Shown here one piece after another: positions 36,850-49,275 of a DNA stretch of 64,000 bases. The position numbers and the translations under genes were made by a program. Below the pieces are notes generated by a model, which was not told the DNA's origin, ran no database searches, and saw only the letters and a list, made by a program, of their open reading frames with translations. The stretch lies in assembly GCF_036321535.1 (NCBI RefSeq), contig NC_087442.1, positions 63,922,001-63,986,000 of the forward strand. The letters run 5' to 3'. Numbering within the stretch: position 1 is the stretch's first letter; each line of letters starts with the position of its first letter. This stretch comes from Camelus dromedarius. Its lineage: Eukaryota.

Positions 36850-38400
36850 ATGCATGCATGAGTTCTCCATCAGCATCCTATCAGCCCACTCTTACAGCCA
36901 GCACTTCAAGCAGAACTGCATGAAAGATTATCACTTCTGTACATGAAAGCATAACCACTACAGGTGTACTGATGCAAAATACCAACACACTGACCTCTGC
37001 CAGGCAGCACACACTTAAAGCAGGTGCGTTTCTGTGCTCCAGCAGGGAGGGGGTGGGAGGAGCAGGGAGGAAGCCCCAGATCCCTAATATATTAGAGATG
37101 TTTATTCCACTCAGATCCAATCCAGCTAATTCACAGACATCAGTTTACCCAAATGAAAAAAGTGGTCTCCCGTCCTTCACGGGCTTGACTCAGAGGGCAT
37201 TCAGCCAAGCGTAGCCGAGCAAAACAATCTGTAACATCTCTTTAAGCTATAATAAATAAGATGAGTTTCAGAAGAAATAAGACTCAGCTATGGCAAAGAA
37301 GCACAGTCGCAAACCTTTTCCTCATCTTATCACTGCTACTGGTGTTTACAAACTACAAGCAGTAGCCTCGGGAACCTCAACAGACTCTCCCGTCGGTAAC
37401 CTCCTGTCAGATCTTTCATTTAAACAGCCCCTTGATCAATCTGTGATGTTTTTGGCAGTTAAATAGAAGGGGGTGAGTAAAATGACATGCATAAAATGAA
37501 CCCTTTTCAAGTTGTAAATGAGTCAGGATTCAGACTTGCTGACATGCTCCAAATTAAAACCCCTGCTCTAATTTTAAGCATGCTCCGTCTTACCGTTTTG
37601 CTGTTGTCTCTCTCAGGCTCGATTCACCTGGAACTCTTTAACATGTCTCTAGCAATGTGATTGCACCAGGCCAGGCTCAGACAGCAACTGAATTCACATC
37701 TTTCTGCACTAGCAAGCTGAAATGGTACGGCCGTACTACAACCAAGAAAGGGGGATGCAAAAGCGAAAAAAAAAAAAAAAACCCACCCAGAAATTACCTA
37801 GAGACGCTGATCTCAATAGCATAAGACCAAAAATGGTTCAGAAGAATACAAAGGACATGCTAACATTCAGTATCAATAGCTTTAACAGTTCAATTTTTTC
37901 CCCAAAAAAATCTAATTTTTTTTTCCTCCAAACACGATGGACTTGCCTGTGGAGTTCCCAGGAAGGCAGAGTAACCGGGCTCTGCAGCAGCATTGCAGCC
38001 AAAGGAACCGTGCATATGCTGTCCAGGCAATTCACAACACACTGTCTCTTCAGAAAGATATTGATTTGCAATGCAGAGCTGCTTCAAAAGAATACAGAAC
38101 TGGAGCCAAACAGCTAATGGTGATTGCATAGGAGGAAAAACATTTAATCAAGGGGATGCACCTCATCATGCTCAATTCAATTTTTTAAAAGCACTTGAGG
38201 AAACCAGTAAGAGTCTTGAGTGACAACCCCATTAAACAGTAATCTGAGGTCCTACAGAAGACCAAGTTTAGGCTACCATCATTCGTGCTGCAAAAGCCAC
38301 TAAAACGGTTTCACGTGTCTATGTGCATAGATTTGTCATATGCAAATGAGGCATGATGAGAACTCTAAAATAACCATGCACCAAATATGAGAGGTTAAAA
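36850..38400 (-). promoter_or_regulatory. CDK14: Putative internal (alternative) promoter / 5' exon region of CDK14
   Basis: Surrounds an ATG-bearing exon with no obvious upstream acceptor. No repeats were recognised here. I counted 18 CpG in 37141-38040 versus about 2 in 12001-12900. AP-1 type TGASTCA sites at 37186-37192 and 37519-37525. The TSS cannot be located from sequence. Confidence 0.6.
37947..38015 (-). CDS. CDK14: CDK14 alternative first coding exon (69 nt, MHGSFGCNAAAEPGYSAFLGTPQ)
   Basis: Lies within track ORF 37890..38129(-). The peptide matches my recall of the alternative human CDK14 N-terminus (MHGYFGCNAAAEPGYSAFVGTPQ). Its 23 codons end at CAG|GCAAGT, in phase with the 22972 exon. 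Confidence 0.9.
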
Positions 38401-39689
38401 AAAAATGCACAGGTGTAGCATTTACTGAAGCAAAGTAATGAAATACAGTTATGAGCCTGCATAACTCTTGACCGAGTTAGAGCTCATATCACTTTCAAAA
38501 GTGAAATATCAACACTAACCAAATCTCACAATCCTTAGGCTAATTGCGTCAAGTCATACCAGACAGTGCTGGGTGGCAAGGAAGGATGCCAAACTGCTAC
38601 TCTCTTAGCGACCCCTACAGGAGAGTGGCTGATCTACAATTCATCCTTGTTTAAAGTATTTCCTATTCTCAGAAAACAGAACCACAAAACGGCACATATT
38701 AAATTAAGACACAAGGATACAACCGAGAAACACATTAGGCAAGAAATTTTAAAAAAAAGTCAGGCATGAAATTTGACCTCACAGATATTCACTTAATTAA
38801 GAAATTAAAGTACAGGAAGAGGCAACTTCAGTGTTAAGGGTGAGTGGCCAATATTCCCATAGCTCCCAGGACTGGATGCATGCACACTTATAATCAGGCA
38901 AAAGTGTTTTCCCTTCGCGTCCTAATCAGGGTAAAGGAATCATCTCCCCTACCCCCCATTTGCAAACCATCCTCATCTTCATCTTTCTGAATGACATGGT
39001 GAAGATACTGAACTTTTCTGCAACACAAAAGGTCATTCAAAAATCTTAGAAAAAGTTCTGCAAACACAAATATTACGTACTTCCTTTTTCACCAAAGCCA
39101 AGAGAGAAAGCTATCGCCCTAATATCTGAAAAGTATTGAATTATATGAACATTATTTCTGTGCAGCAGACTTCATTTCAACAAGTCTTTCAAAGAAACTG
39201 AAGTTTTGTTTGTGACTGCACAACCCTCCAGCCCACAAAGACTCTCTCCTATTTCAGAACCAACAGTACCACTTATCTGAATCATTTAGGATTTAATCAT
39301 ATGCCTCCTTATAAAACTCTCTTTAGTATTGGCATTCTCCCCATTTGAAGGCCCTTGAGAAATAAACCCCTATCAACTTCATTTTTTTTTCACTCCTCCA
39401 TAGCACATAACACAATGCTAGGCATCTAGCCAATATTGAATAGAAACGTTGAAGAATTCATAAATTTCCCAACTCCATACTTTGGGGTGTAATCTCCCTT
39501 CCCCTATCATTCAATGTTCCCTGACAAAAATCCATGCTGGAAGTGTTATCTTTAGTCACTTTATATAAGTAGTTCCCACATCTTCTTTTCTATAGAATTG
39601 CTAGATAAGGGCATGTACAGTGTTTGTGTTCACTAAACTATTCTGTATAAAAAACTAGCCAACTTAACATAATAATATTCTCTTTTATT

Positions 39690-40730
39690 CTTTCATTTAT
39701 TCATTCAACAAACACGTACTGATGCACCCAGCAATGTGAAGAGCAACATTCTCTGTATTCAAGGTTGTTAAAAAAAAAAAAAAAAAGCAAGTAGTTACAA
39801 TATGCTGACATGAGTGTTGTGAGAGCACTTAGTTGGGTATAAATGCTCTTTGGGTGGCTCACAGACATGTCCACTGAGGAGGTAATATAAGGCTGAGGCT
39901 TCCAAGTACCATCAAGGAGGGGATGGGCATCTGAGGAACAGCAGGACAGGACTAAAGCATTAGTGGCCTGAAACTGGAAGCTGTCTTAAGGAAACCATGA
40001 GCAGTATATACAGTGGTGGCAGCTGCAAAGAGATGGCCGAATGCCAGAGCCTGACAGGCCCTGTAAACCATGTTAAGAAGTTAGGAATTTTATCCTACAG
40101 GAAGGTGCCATTAATCCAACAGGAAGGCACCAAAGGACTATAAGCAGAAGAGTGGCTGGATGGGATTTTTCATTTCACAACAGGGTAATGGGGTGGAAAT
40201 GGACTGAGGGGTGGAGGGAAGGTAGGGAGGCCACTTGGGAAACTAAGACAGTAGTTCAGTGAAGTCTCTGAACTAAAGCAGTAAAAATGAAGATGGAAAA
40301 ACAAAGGAAGTGAAAGACAATCAGCATGAATTACTTCTTTTTTTTTTTTTTTTTGGAGGGGGGGATTGGGTATTTATTTATTTATTTATTTAAATGGAGG
40401 TACAGCGGGCTGAACCCAGGACCTGTGCATGGTAGGCACACTCTCTACTGCTGTGCTATACCCTTCCCCTCCCAGCATGAGTTACTTCTTGATTGACTGG
40501 ACAGGGGGTCTAATGGAAAGAAAAAAATCCAAGCATGACTCTGAATTCTCAGTATAATTAGGCGAAAGGTGAGGTTATAAACTAAAGGTAGAGCAGTAGC
40601 TTGAGGAAGGAGGGAAATTAGCATGAATTCATTTTTTACATGCTGAGTTTTAGGCATCTTTGGAATCTCCAAGTGGACATGTTCAGTGGGCAGTTACATA
40701 AGGGTCTGGAACCCAGAAAAAAGGTGAAAA
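39690..40730 (-). mobile_element. L2 fragment (interrupted by SINE copy 3)
   Basis: ttcatttattcattcaacaaacacgtactga is the reverse L2 3' end. Body segments ccctgtaaaccatgttaagaagttaggaattttatcc and tgctgagttttaggcatc...tccaagtggacatgttcagtgggcagtt. Confidence 0.75.
40340..40472 (-). mobile_element. tRNA-Ala-derived SINE, copy 3 (long tail)
   Basis: Minus strand GGGAGGGGAAGGGTATAGCACAGCAGTAGAG...CATGCACAGGTCCTGGGTTCAGCCC..TACCTCCATT(TAAA)n TACCCAATCCCCCCCTCC polyA. 18-bp TSD cagcatga(a/g)ttacttctt at 40322-40339 and 40473-40490. Confidence 0.93.
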
Positions 40731-40739
40731 GTTCACTTG

Positions 40740-41000
40740 TGTGTCTTAGGTTAGGGTTTCCTAAAATAGAGCTGAGCCAGGATTCTTGCTCACCTCATTT
40801 ACTGAGGACATGGTCTCGGAGAAAAGGAGTGAGGAAGCAGGACAAGGAAGAATGTGGCCTCCAGTGAAACAACTGCGCCCAACATGAGTCCCACGGAAGC
40901 AAGAGGGTGGGCCTCGTGTACACCTGGCTGGTCATTTCTGACGGAGGCCTGGAAAGGAAGGGCTGCCCTACAAAGGCCAGGCACCCACTGAGCAGGTGAC
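40740..41000. mobile_element. Ancient ERVL-class LTR fragment (family uncertain)
   Basis: tgtcttaggttagggtttcctaaaatagagctgagccaggattcttgctcacctcatttactgagg...ggagaaaaggagtgaggaagcagga resembles old ERVL/MaLR LTR ends. Confidence 0.45.
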
Positions 41001-41029
41001 CCTGAGCCGGGCTCCCACAGCACTCACTA

Positions 41030-41372
41030 TACCAGGCTTCAGGTTTTCTTTTCCAAAAAAGCTAATTCCTGCCTCAGGATTCTTTGTCTTCGCTGCTCTC
41101 TGCCTAGACTGTTCTTCCCCCACCAACTCCTTTTCATTTCTCAGGTGGATCTCGGGATCTCCTCCTCAAGTTCCCCGAGTTTCCCTCTTCTGCTGTTGCT
41201 CCTCCCTCCCCATCACACTGCACTGTTTTTGCTTCATGACCCAATTCATTTATTCGCTTGTCTTCCTCCTCTACTAGAATGCAAACCACTCAAGAGCCTG
41301 GACTTCTAGTCATTTGTTCGCCTGCATTTCCCCAGCCCCTAAAACAGCCCTCAGTACTTGTTGAATGAATAA
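41030..41372 (+). mobile_element. L2 3' end
   Basis: gcttgtcttcctcctctactagaatgcaaacc...catttgttcgcctgcatttccccagcccctaaaacag...tacttgttgaatgaataaat. Confidence 0.75.
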
Positions 41373-44300
41373 ATATTAGAAGGAGCTGCTGATGACAGTA
41401 GTTCAAACAAATTTTGTGGCTTCCTGTGAATGGAAATGGATGGGGAGCTTGAGAAATGTGTGGGAAGAATGTGCGGGAAAAAAATAGTGTCAACGAATGT
41501 GTACAATTATACAAGAAGTTTGGCCCAGAACAGAAGCAGAGATAGAGGCTGAGGGCAGAGCTCTGGGAAAACTAATCATTATGCTCTTGTCACACAGGAT
41601 TCACAATCTACTGCTAGGAAGACTATCTTTATTAGGGGACACTGAGATGCATATGGATCACACCATAGAAGAACAGTAGAGTTTAAAATAAAGGGTCTGT
41701 CCTCAAAGAGAAGAGACAAAAAGTCTCTTGGAAAAAACATCACCTCAGTGGATATAGAGGAAAAGATAGGAAAGAAACATGACTGACAACAATGCTAGAT
41801 ACTAACATCTACTTAGGTCATGTTTGCAAGTAAACAAAAAATTGATTTCTGGAAATGCCTGCCTTTATATGTGATTTTTTAAATTCTAAAAAGTATTGCA
41901 CTTCCCTGACATTTTAAATGGCTTATAATCAACTAAATCTAATCTTCAACTGATGATGAGGTCAGTTTTGAACATCAACGACAGCCATCAGGGTTTAACG
42001 GCCGGTGCACAGGGCCACCAGCTCTTAATCTCAGTAATGACATCTGTGAGTTTCTCTGCTTCATTTTTATGGTTCCTTCTCTCTTTGCCATCAGGCCTTC
42101 CTTCCTAAGCTGTAAATGTGCCACTTTCTTCTAACACCACCACACTCTTCTAAGTCTTGCCACAAGCTTCTTCAACCATCCCTGTCCTCAGCTTGTTAGA
42201 AGACTGTGTGAACAAAGATTAGTTAAATGGTGGGTTCAAAGCAGAACTAGGACCTTCCTCCTCAATGAAGAAATATTAGCCTAAGCACCCACGGACCACA
42301 GCCCTTATCTATAGGCTTGTGGTGCTTCTCATCTGCACAGAAACTCTTGTTTAATATCAGCCTACGTGGAGCTATCTAAGAGCTATGAGGCTGCCAGATG
42401 TCTGACCACCACACAAGTAGGGTCTTACAGACAGATGGGGACCAAAAGAAAACTGAACCTGGAGAAAAAAAAAAAAATACTTGAAAAGAAAAAAGGATAG
42501 AGAAAGACTTTTTTTTTAACTGAAAAAAGGAAAGGAAACATTAAATAAGAAAACTTTTTAAAGATTAGGAAAGGAATAAGAGAAAAATGCTACGTTATAC
42601 ATATAACTCTAATATAACAAGTCATCTACTTTATGAATTAATTTTATCAAATCTTTAAATCTAAATGAGGGAAAATATTTTATTTTATTTTGAAGTGATT
42701 CAGAAAAGACTGAAATTTCCCCAAAAGAGGTTGAATTTCAAATTATTACAGTTTCATGTAACTCCAGCAATTTCTTTCCTTTGTAAACTTTTACAGTGAA
42801 ATGTTCACATGATGATTGATTGTTAAATGTTCGTGATATTTTAGTAACCCTAAACTCTAATGTTCTAATAAGCCCCCAAATTTTATGACAATTCTTCTCC
42901 AATGATGTCAGTCATTACTTATACTTCCATATATTCAGAGAAATGTTATTTACTTAAAATACTTTCTGGAAACACTGTGAAATTCTGGAGAAGCTTGAAT
43001 TGAATATTTAAAAGCTATTTCTTAACCATGTATCAAACACATCAATATGTCAATCATAGAATTTAATGGAAACTTTGGGATTTTCTTAATATTACATAAT
43101 TCTGAGTATTTCTAGATTCCAGAGGTAAAAAAATGAACTAATTTATAACTATGTAAGTTTATAAAGCTAAAGCTCTAAACCTTGGAAACAATGAACAGTA
43201 CAGATAAGTAAATTTTAAAATGTGCAGTATATTGTGTATATGTATTTACATGCAATATATTGTATATGTGCAGTCAAATTGTAACAATTCTACCTAATAA
43301 AACGTGAAAAATGAAAAAAAGAACTGATTTTACCAGGAGATACAGGTAATTCTATCAATCAATAAATTGGTTCCCAAAAAATGTTGCATTCTGTTAAATT
43401 GCACCCTGAAAACAAGAGGGCTTATGATTAAAGTAAGATCAAGGGCAGACCACTCAAAACCCATGCGTTAAAAAGCTCTGGTTAAAATAACAACAAACAA
43501 ACCCACAAAGGCCACATCTTCATCTCTGCATCCCCTACAGTGCTGATATGAGGTCTTGCATACAATAGATGTGCTATAAATGTTTCTCGGCTAGACATAA
43601 ATCCTGTGCTGGTCACTGTGAACTGCAGAGAATATGTCCAGGTGAATAGAGTGTTCAGTTATGAACTTCATCCAGGTTGGAAATTGAAAGTTCAAAAAAC
43701 AGAGCTAGAGCAGAGCAGCTTCAGATTGTTTGTCAAAAAGCAGCATGGAAGTTGAGAATCATGAGTCTAATAGTAGAAACAGGTAGAGGCAGGTTACAAT
43801 AATTAAAAGACAGGTCTTACTTTTGCCTGTATTTAAAAATCTTATGTCTGATCACAGTACTGCTTCCACACAAGGTTTCAGCCTAATCCTTTTCAGGGAA
43901 CAACGGTCCTCCTTCCTGTGCGTTGTGTTTCCTGGTTGTGTGCTCTCAACTACCCTGGGTAACAACCTGTGTGCATCTCAGTCTTTGTTTCTCCTCAGTT
44001 AAATTCCTAATCCCTGTCACACATGATTGTATTCACATTAAAACATACATTGCATGGTTTCTACATACCTACACACACATTTATGTACTTAATAATTATT
44101 CGGGGGATATACAAAATGCATTGGTATTTGCATGGCCAGTACAGTTTTTCTTATTAACACCCTAGCAGACACACTAGAGGTTTTTGATGCGGTGTCATGC
44201 CCCAAGTGTGTGAACTGCAGCAGAGGAAACCAGGGGTAAAAGAGATTTTATTATGACCACATTCACAAAAGAACAGTCTCAGACAGTTTCAAGGGTGTAG

Positions 44301-45409
44301 AACTAATATGATCTGAGCAATGAGAATTAAGTGATAAGATTTCAGCGGCAGACACAAAAATCCTCAGGTCGCAGCAGGAAGAAAGGCAAAAGCACTGAGT
44401 AAAGATGTGAGGGTTTTCTCTCTTCCTGATGTGAGGATGCCAGTAAGGACAGAGGCGACAAATCCATGACTGTCAAAAGCTTCTTAAGGAGCTAAGTTTC
44501 ATTTTTTAAACACGTCTCTAAGTTTTTGAGTTAACTATGAAAAGAGAAAAAGTTTTCTCGCTCAAGGTTATAAGTCAGCTTTATTGCTTTCAGGAACTTT
44601 ACCCCAGCTTTCTAAAATTTCACTTGGTTAGAAAATTAGGAAAATCCCAAAAGGAAGAAAAGTTTCTTAACAGAGCTGGCCCAACAGACATACAGAAATA
44701 ATTTTAAATTATATTTGGCATTTTTCAATCCAGAAATACTCTGCCACTGATCTAGTATGTACTTTAAAATACTAAAATAAAAAGTATTCATTAAGTAATT
44801 TGCTTCCTTTGTCTCATCTACATACCTAAGAAATAAGATAAAACAGGATGCCGGACCATGGGAAAGAATGGGTAACACTGTTGTACATTCAACAATAAAC
44901 ACTCATGATAATGAAAAGATAACCAACTGAAGAAACTCACAACTGAAATGAAAATGCTCCTCTGTAATCTAATTAACCTTCCTGTGACCAATGTCTTAGT
45001 ATTTGCTTTTCAAGCTAATACTGGTATAATTTAGATCATTCCACATGTACATCATCCTCAAAGAACAGAAAGCAAACTAAAGGGATCATCTGTGTAAGGG
45101 AGAATCATCATGTGACCACAAAACCAGTCCAATCTCACTGGTGCAACAGAGAATGAGGTTCACTGCAAAAATGCGTAAGAATAGGGATATTAACCACTCT
45201 GAAATGCTTTAACTTACCCCTACCCTCCTTTTGTATTCTGTAAAACACTGACAACAGCAGCACTCAAATATTGATTGAATCCTTTCTGCCATTCCTCATG
45301 AAATGTTTTTCTTGAGTGGTTATTAAAATAAGAGAGGTTCCTGTTTCCAAAAAGAAGTAGACTAATTGTTCTGAATTGCCAGTACATCTTTTCTTTTTGC
45401 CTAGAATGG

Positions 45410-45860
45410 CTCCTCCCCTGATGCCAACCACTGCAGTCCAGGGAGGGCTGCACCCTGTCTAGGAACAGACAAGGGATCCACCTTAGGTCAGGCATTCCCT
45501 GGGACTTTTCCAATCAAAGCTGAGTTGCACTCCACCTCTCCACCCTGATGGTGGCAAAGCAGAGAAGGCATCAGCTTAGCAGCAGCCAATGTCAGTGTCT
45601 CTAGCCCTGTAGAGAAACTGGACAGGGATCCTGAAACTACGAAGTACTAAGAGTAAAGATGAGGCCGAGAGACAGACAACACTGATAACATGGCATCCCT
45701 GGTCCAGCCCCTGAAGACCAACTGCCTGGCTGCCTAACTTTCTAAAGCACAGCTGTTCAGCCCTCATTTCTATGTTGCCACACTATACTCCCAATAAATC
45801 CGCTGTTGTTTTTCTTTTGCAACTTCAAGTTGATTTTCAGATCTATGTAACCCAGAGTGC
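45410..45860 (+). mobile_element. LTR16/LTR33-like ERVL LTR relic
   Basis: Ends ...cccaataaatccgctgttgtttttc...ttcaagttgattttcagatctatgtaacccagag (AATAAA plus a characteristic 3' end). Confidence 0.5.
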
Positions 45861-47729
45861 AGGTGCTGGCACACATGGAGATACATGTACAAAAGGATTC
45901 CAAGCTACTGTGAAGCACTAACATCAGAGATAAAGCTAAGTAACAATAGATGTGTTGCTTTAAACTCCAGGAAAAGATTTAAGGTTCATGTTGACTTCTA
46001 TGATGGCAGGAAAGGAGGGTTTAATAGTGGCCAAAGGATTTTACAAAGCTGCTTCACATACCTACTGTATCTAATAATATTTCTATAAATTTGTACTAAA
46101 TTATAAAATATATTAAATTTTATTTATTCATTCTTATAATTTACAGGGGTAATTGTATAATGGCCATAAGTAATGGAGCATGACCTATTCATCAGTTATC
46201 TGCACCTGGAGGACACCTGAATGCTTGAACCAAATTCTTTAAACCAGGCATTCAAGCTGCTATGATAGCATGTCTTCAAATTTTTGAATAGCACCTAAAG
46301 GGAAATAAACTGACTTGGCCTTGCAGATACCACTTAAAAACTGCTGGTAAATATCACCACCCATAAGTAGCTAAGATATGCCATAGGAATTACAAAAGGG
46401 AAATCAGTTTGTTACACCAACCCTGGGCTTTAAAGATTTCTGGCCATGAAGGAAAGACAGTTATTAAAAATTAAAGAACTAACAGCAAGGGGATTTTGGA
46501 AAAAGCCACAAAGGTACACTAGGGACTGGTGGAGTATGTAAAGAAAGTGCTAAGAAGACATAAAGTAAACTACGTTTTCTGTATTTCATTACAGAAGGAT
46601 TTTTTTTCTCATGTTCAGTTCATTTACCAACCATTTACTGAACTTTGTATTAAGGACTGTAGGGGGTACCAAGATGAATGAGGCACCATTGCTGCTCTCA
46701 CGGATACTTATACAAATAAATATAATACAACAAATAATTGCCATAGAAGAAGTAAAAGAAAATACTATGGGAGTTTAGAATGAGAGACGCCTCTGAATTA
46801 CAGATCAAACAAAATTGGCAGATTTGCACTTTAGGCAATCAAATTCTGAATACTTGAGTCACAAAGAATTCAATAGGTAAGATGTCGAGGGGTGACAAAT
46901 ATATATCCAAAGACTAGCAATGATCGCTCTTAGCACAATAACTGTTATCGATATTTGGGTGTAATCTGATAATTTAACAAAGAACCTTTGTAATATCATA
47001 GGAGGACAGCCCAGAAGCGTTGAACAATTTCCGTGATTCCAACCCTCACAAACAATGATTCTTTTCTCCCCTCTGGTGGAAGATTATTTGGATGAACTCC
47101 AGGGACTCCATGTACACTGCCTGCCCATATGGTTCAAAGATGTGTTTTTTCCTAGTTACCCTGGACACAGACAAGCAAACTCTTTTTGCATATTGCTTAA
47201 GGAAAACTGAGCTTTGGGAGTTGTTCCAACAGCAAGTCACAGGGAACTTGGAGATCATCTTTACTTCTCATTTCTCTCCCCAATACTGATTCTAATTCAG
47301 GGAAGGTGGAGTTTTACACATTACAATACAAAGGCCAAATCGATTTAAGTTATTTTTATCAATCCTCCCCCTGAAGCACGTGATTCCCTCAATAGTCACT
47401 ATTTCTCCTAATCATTTAAGGAATAGTCCATTCATATGAAAGCTTTAAAAATAATAATATTTCAGTTCACACTTCCTGACTGAACCCATCACAATCAGTT
47501 CCTTCTAGGGGTACAGAGAAACTACCACGCTGACTTCAAGGAACCACAGTGGGGTGGCAATGCGCCTAGTTTCAGATATTTCCTCTCGTATCCACCACAG
47601 CTCTTTGATTCAGAACTCTGAGAGACAAAACAGGTTTGGCAAGGACAAAAGAGACAACATCATGGATTGAACCATATAAGCAGGTACACTGAAGTGCTGA
47701 CTTCAACATAACTTTGGATGCAGAACAAT

Positions 47730-47880
47730 TAGATGGTGAACATGAGCTCAAGAATCAGACAAACCAGGTCTTGGGCAAGATACCTAACTTACGGGGATAA
47801 TAATAGCAGTAGTGTGTATACTTCAGAGGGTTGCTGTCAAGCTAATTGGTGTATAAACTACTTAGGATAGTGTTCAGTAA
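47730..47880 (+). mobile_element. MIR fragment
   Basis: aatcagacaaaccagg...tcttgggcaagatacctaact...ggggataataatag...agggttgctgt. Confidence 0.65.
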
Positions 47881-48342
47881 GACAAAGGCTTTTTCACAAC
47901 CCAGAGATAAGCATTACATACATTGAGTCGTGACATGGCAATAAGCCTTTAGGCACCACAGACTCTCCTTTATCCTCGGGCTCTGACTTGTGCATAAGAT
48001 CTGGTACTGGTCTTGGTTCTCTTGGTTCAGATCAGCCAGGGCTCTTCCTTCTGCATCAGCCATGGGCTGTCAGGCTTAATTTCTTGGTCACTCCTGAAGT
48101 CCTTCAGTTCCTACTGATTCTTCTCCAGCACTTCCATTTCTATTTCTATCAAGACTGCACTGTGCTTTTGCACCATTCCATGAAGTTCAACCACCGATTC
48201 AAGACATTATTTAACTATTTGGTTAACTATTTAATTCTAGGTGCTACCCTACTACAAGCTTTCTTGGTATTTCCTTTAGGTAATTATAAAAGAGCTAAGT
48301 ATTTACAGCTCTTTATGAGTTTTAATTAGAAAGTTTGGCTCA

Positions 48343-48410
48343 TTCTCTCTCTTTCTGTCTTTCTATCTATCAATCTACCTATCTATCTATCCATTATATC
48401 TATCTCTATC
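48343..48410. repeat. Degenerate (TC)n/(TCTA)n microsatellite
   Basis: ctctctctttctgtctttctatctatcaatctacctatctatctatccattatatctatctctatc. Confidence 0.85.
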
Positions 48411-49275
48411 AATTTTCTTCCATTTCTCACTGTCATTCCATTGTAACTACAAAGCTGCATTTAAAGAATCAAGTCAGAACTGAGAGCCCACGGTTACATA
48501 ATGAAACTTTCAAGCTAAGGTGTATTGAACAGATTAGAATGGTAACAAGAGATTTTACCATTCAGACACACGAGAGAAATTCAGTACACAGTGGATGCTA
48601 GGAGAGATGAACTTTACATTTACTCACAGGAAAATCAGCCCCATAATGTATTCATACCTGGCTGTTACTAGAAAGTGGACAAGAGAAGTTTAAAATAAAA
48701 CAAAACCAAAAACTCATCAAGAATCAATTTTGCCAGCAGCTACCAAGCAACTTTATATTATAAACAATTCTAAATTGGAAAGCACACATTTTCAAAAAAT
48801 TTGGGGGTGCTTTAAGATAATTGATGCCAATCAGGAAGCAGGACTCTGTTTTCTGAGACTCCACTAAACAAAATATTCTATCTATTCAAAGAAGGAATAA
48901 AATTCTGAGGCATCAGCTTTCAAAATACACACAAATAACTGACTTTCTTATTAAAATTTGGTGAATCGTCCTTGGTAATATCTATACAGAAGCAGAGTCT
49001 ACTCTCATGTGCTAAATCTCAGTCAGAAGAACCCACCACTATTCTGCTCTTTCTGTCATCAACAAAAGTATTTTACCTCTATATGCAAGTAGCATAAGGT
49101 AGTACAACTAAGAAACTGCATTTTAATAGTAAGTAAGAGATTTATAGATGGAATTCAATATTATACTATCATTGCAACTAGCATGAAATTAGAATGAGAA
49201 TATAAACACTAATGAAAAGTAATTAGCATTAGAACAGTGTATGTAAGTACACGGGGAAATAGCACCGACACAAAA

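Larger units (their letters stand above)
22973..37946 (-). other. CDK14: CDK14 intron joining the alternative first exon to the shared exon (14,974 bp, GC-AG type)
   Basis: 5' end GCAAGT (37946-37941), 3' end CTCCAG (22978-22973). The reading frame is preserved across the junction (PQ|IC). Confidence 0.75.

Noticed and set aside
37725-37736. 12-bp perfect palindrome GTACGGCCGTAC as a stand-alone element
   Set aside because: About 16 palindromes of this length are expected by chance in 64 kb; kept only as context for the promoter block.
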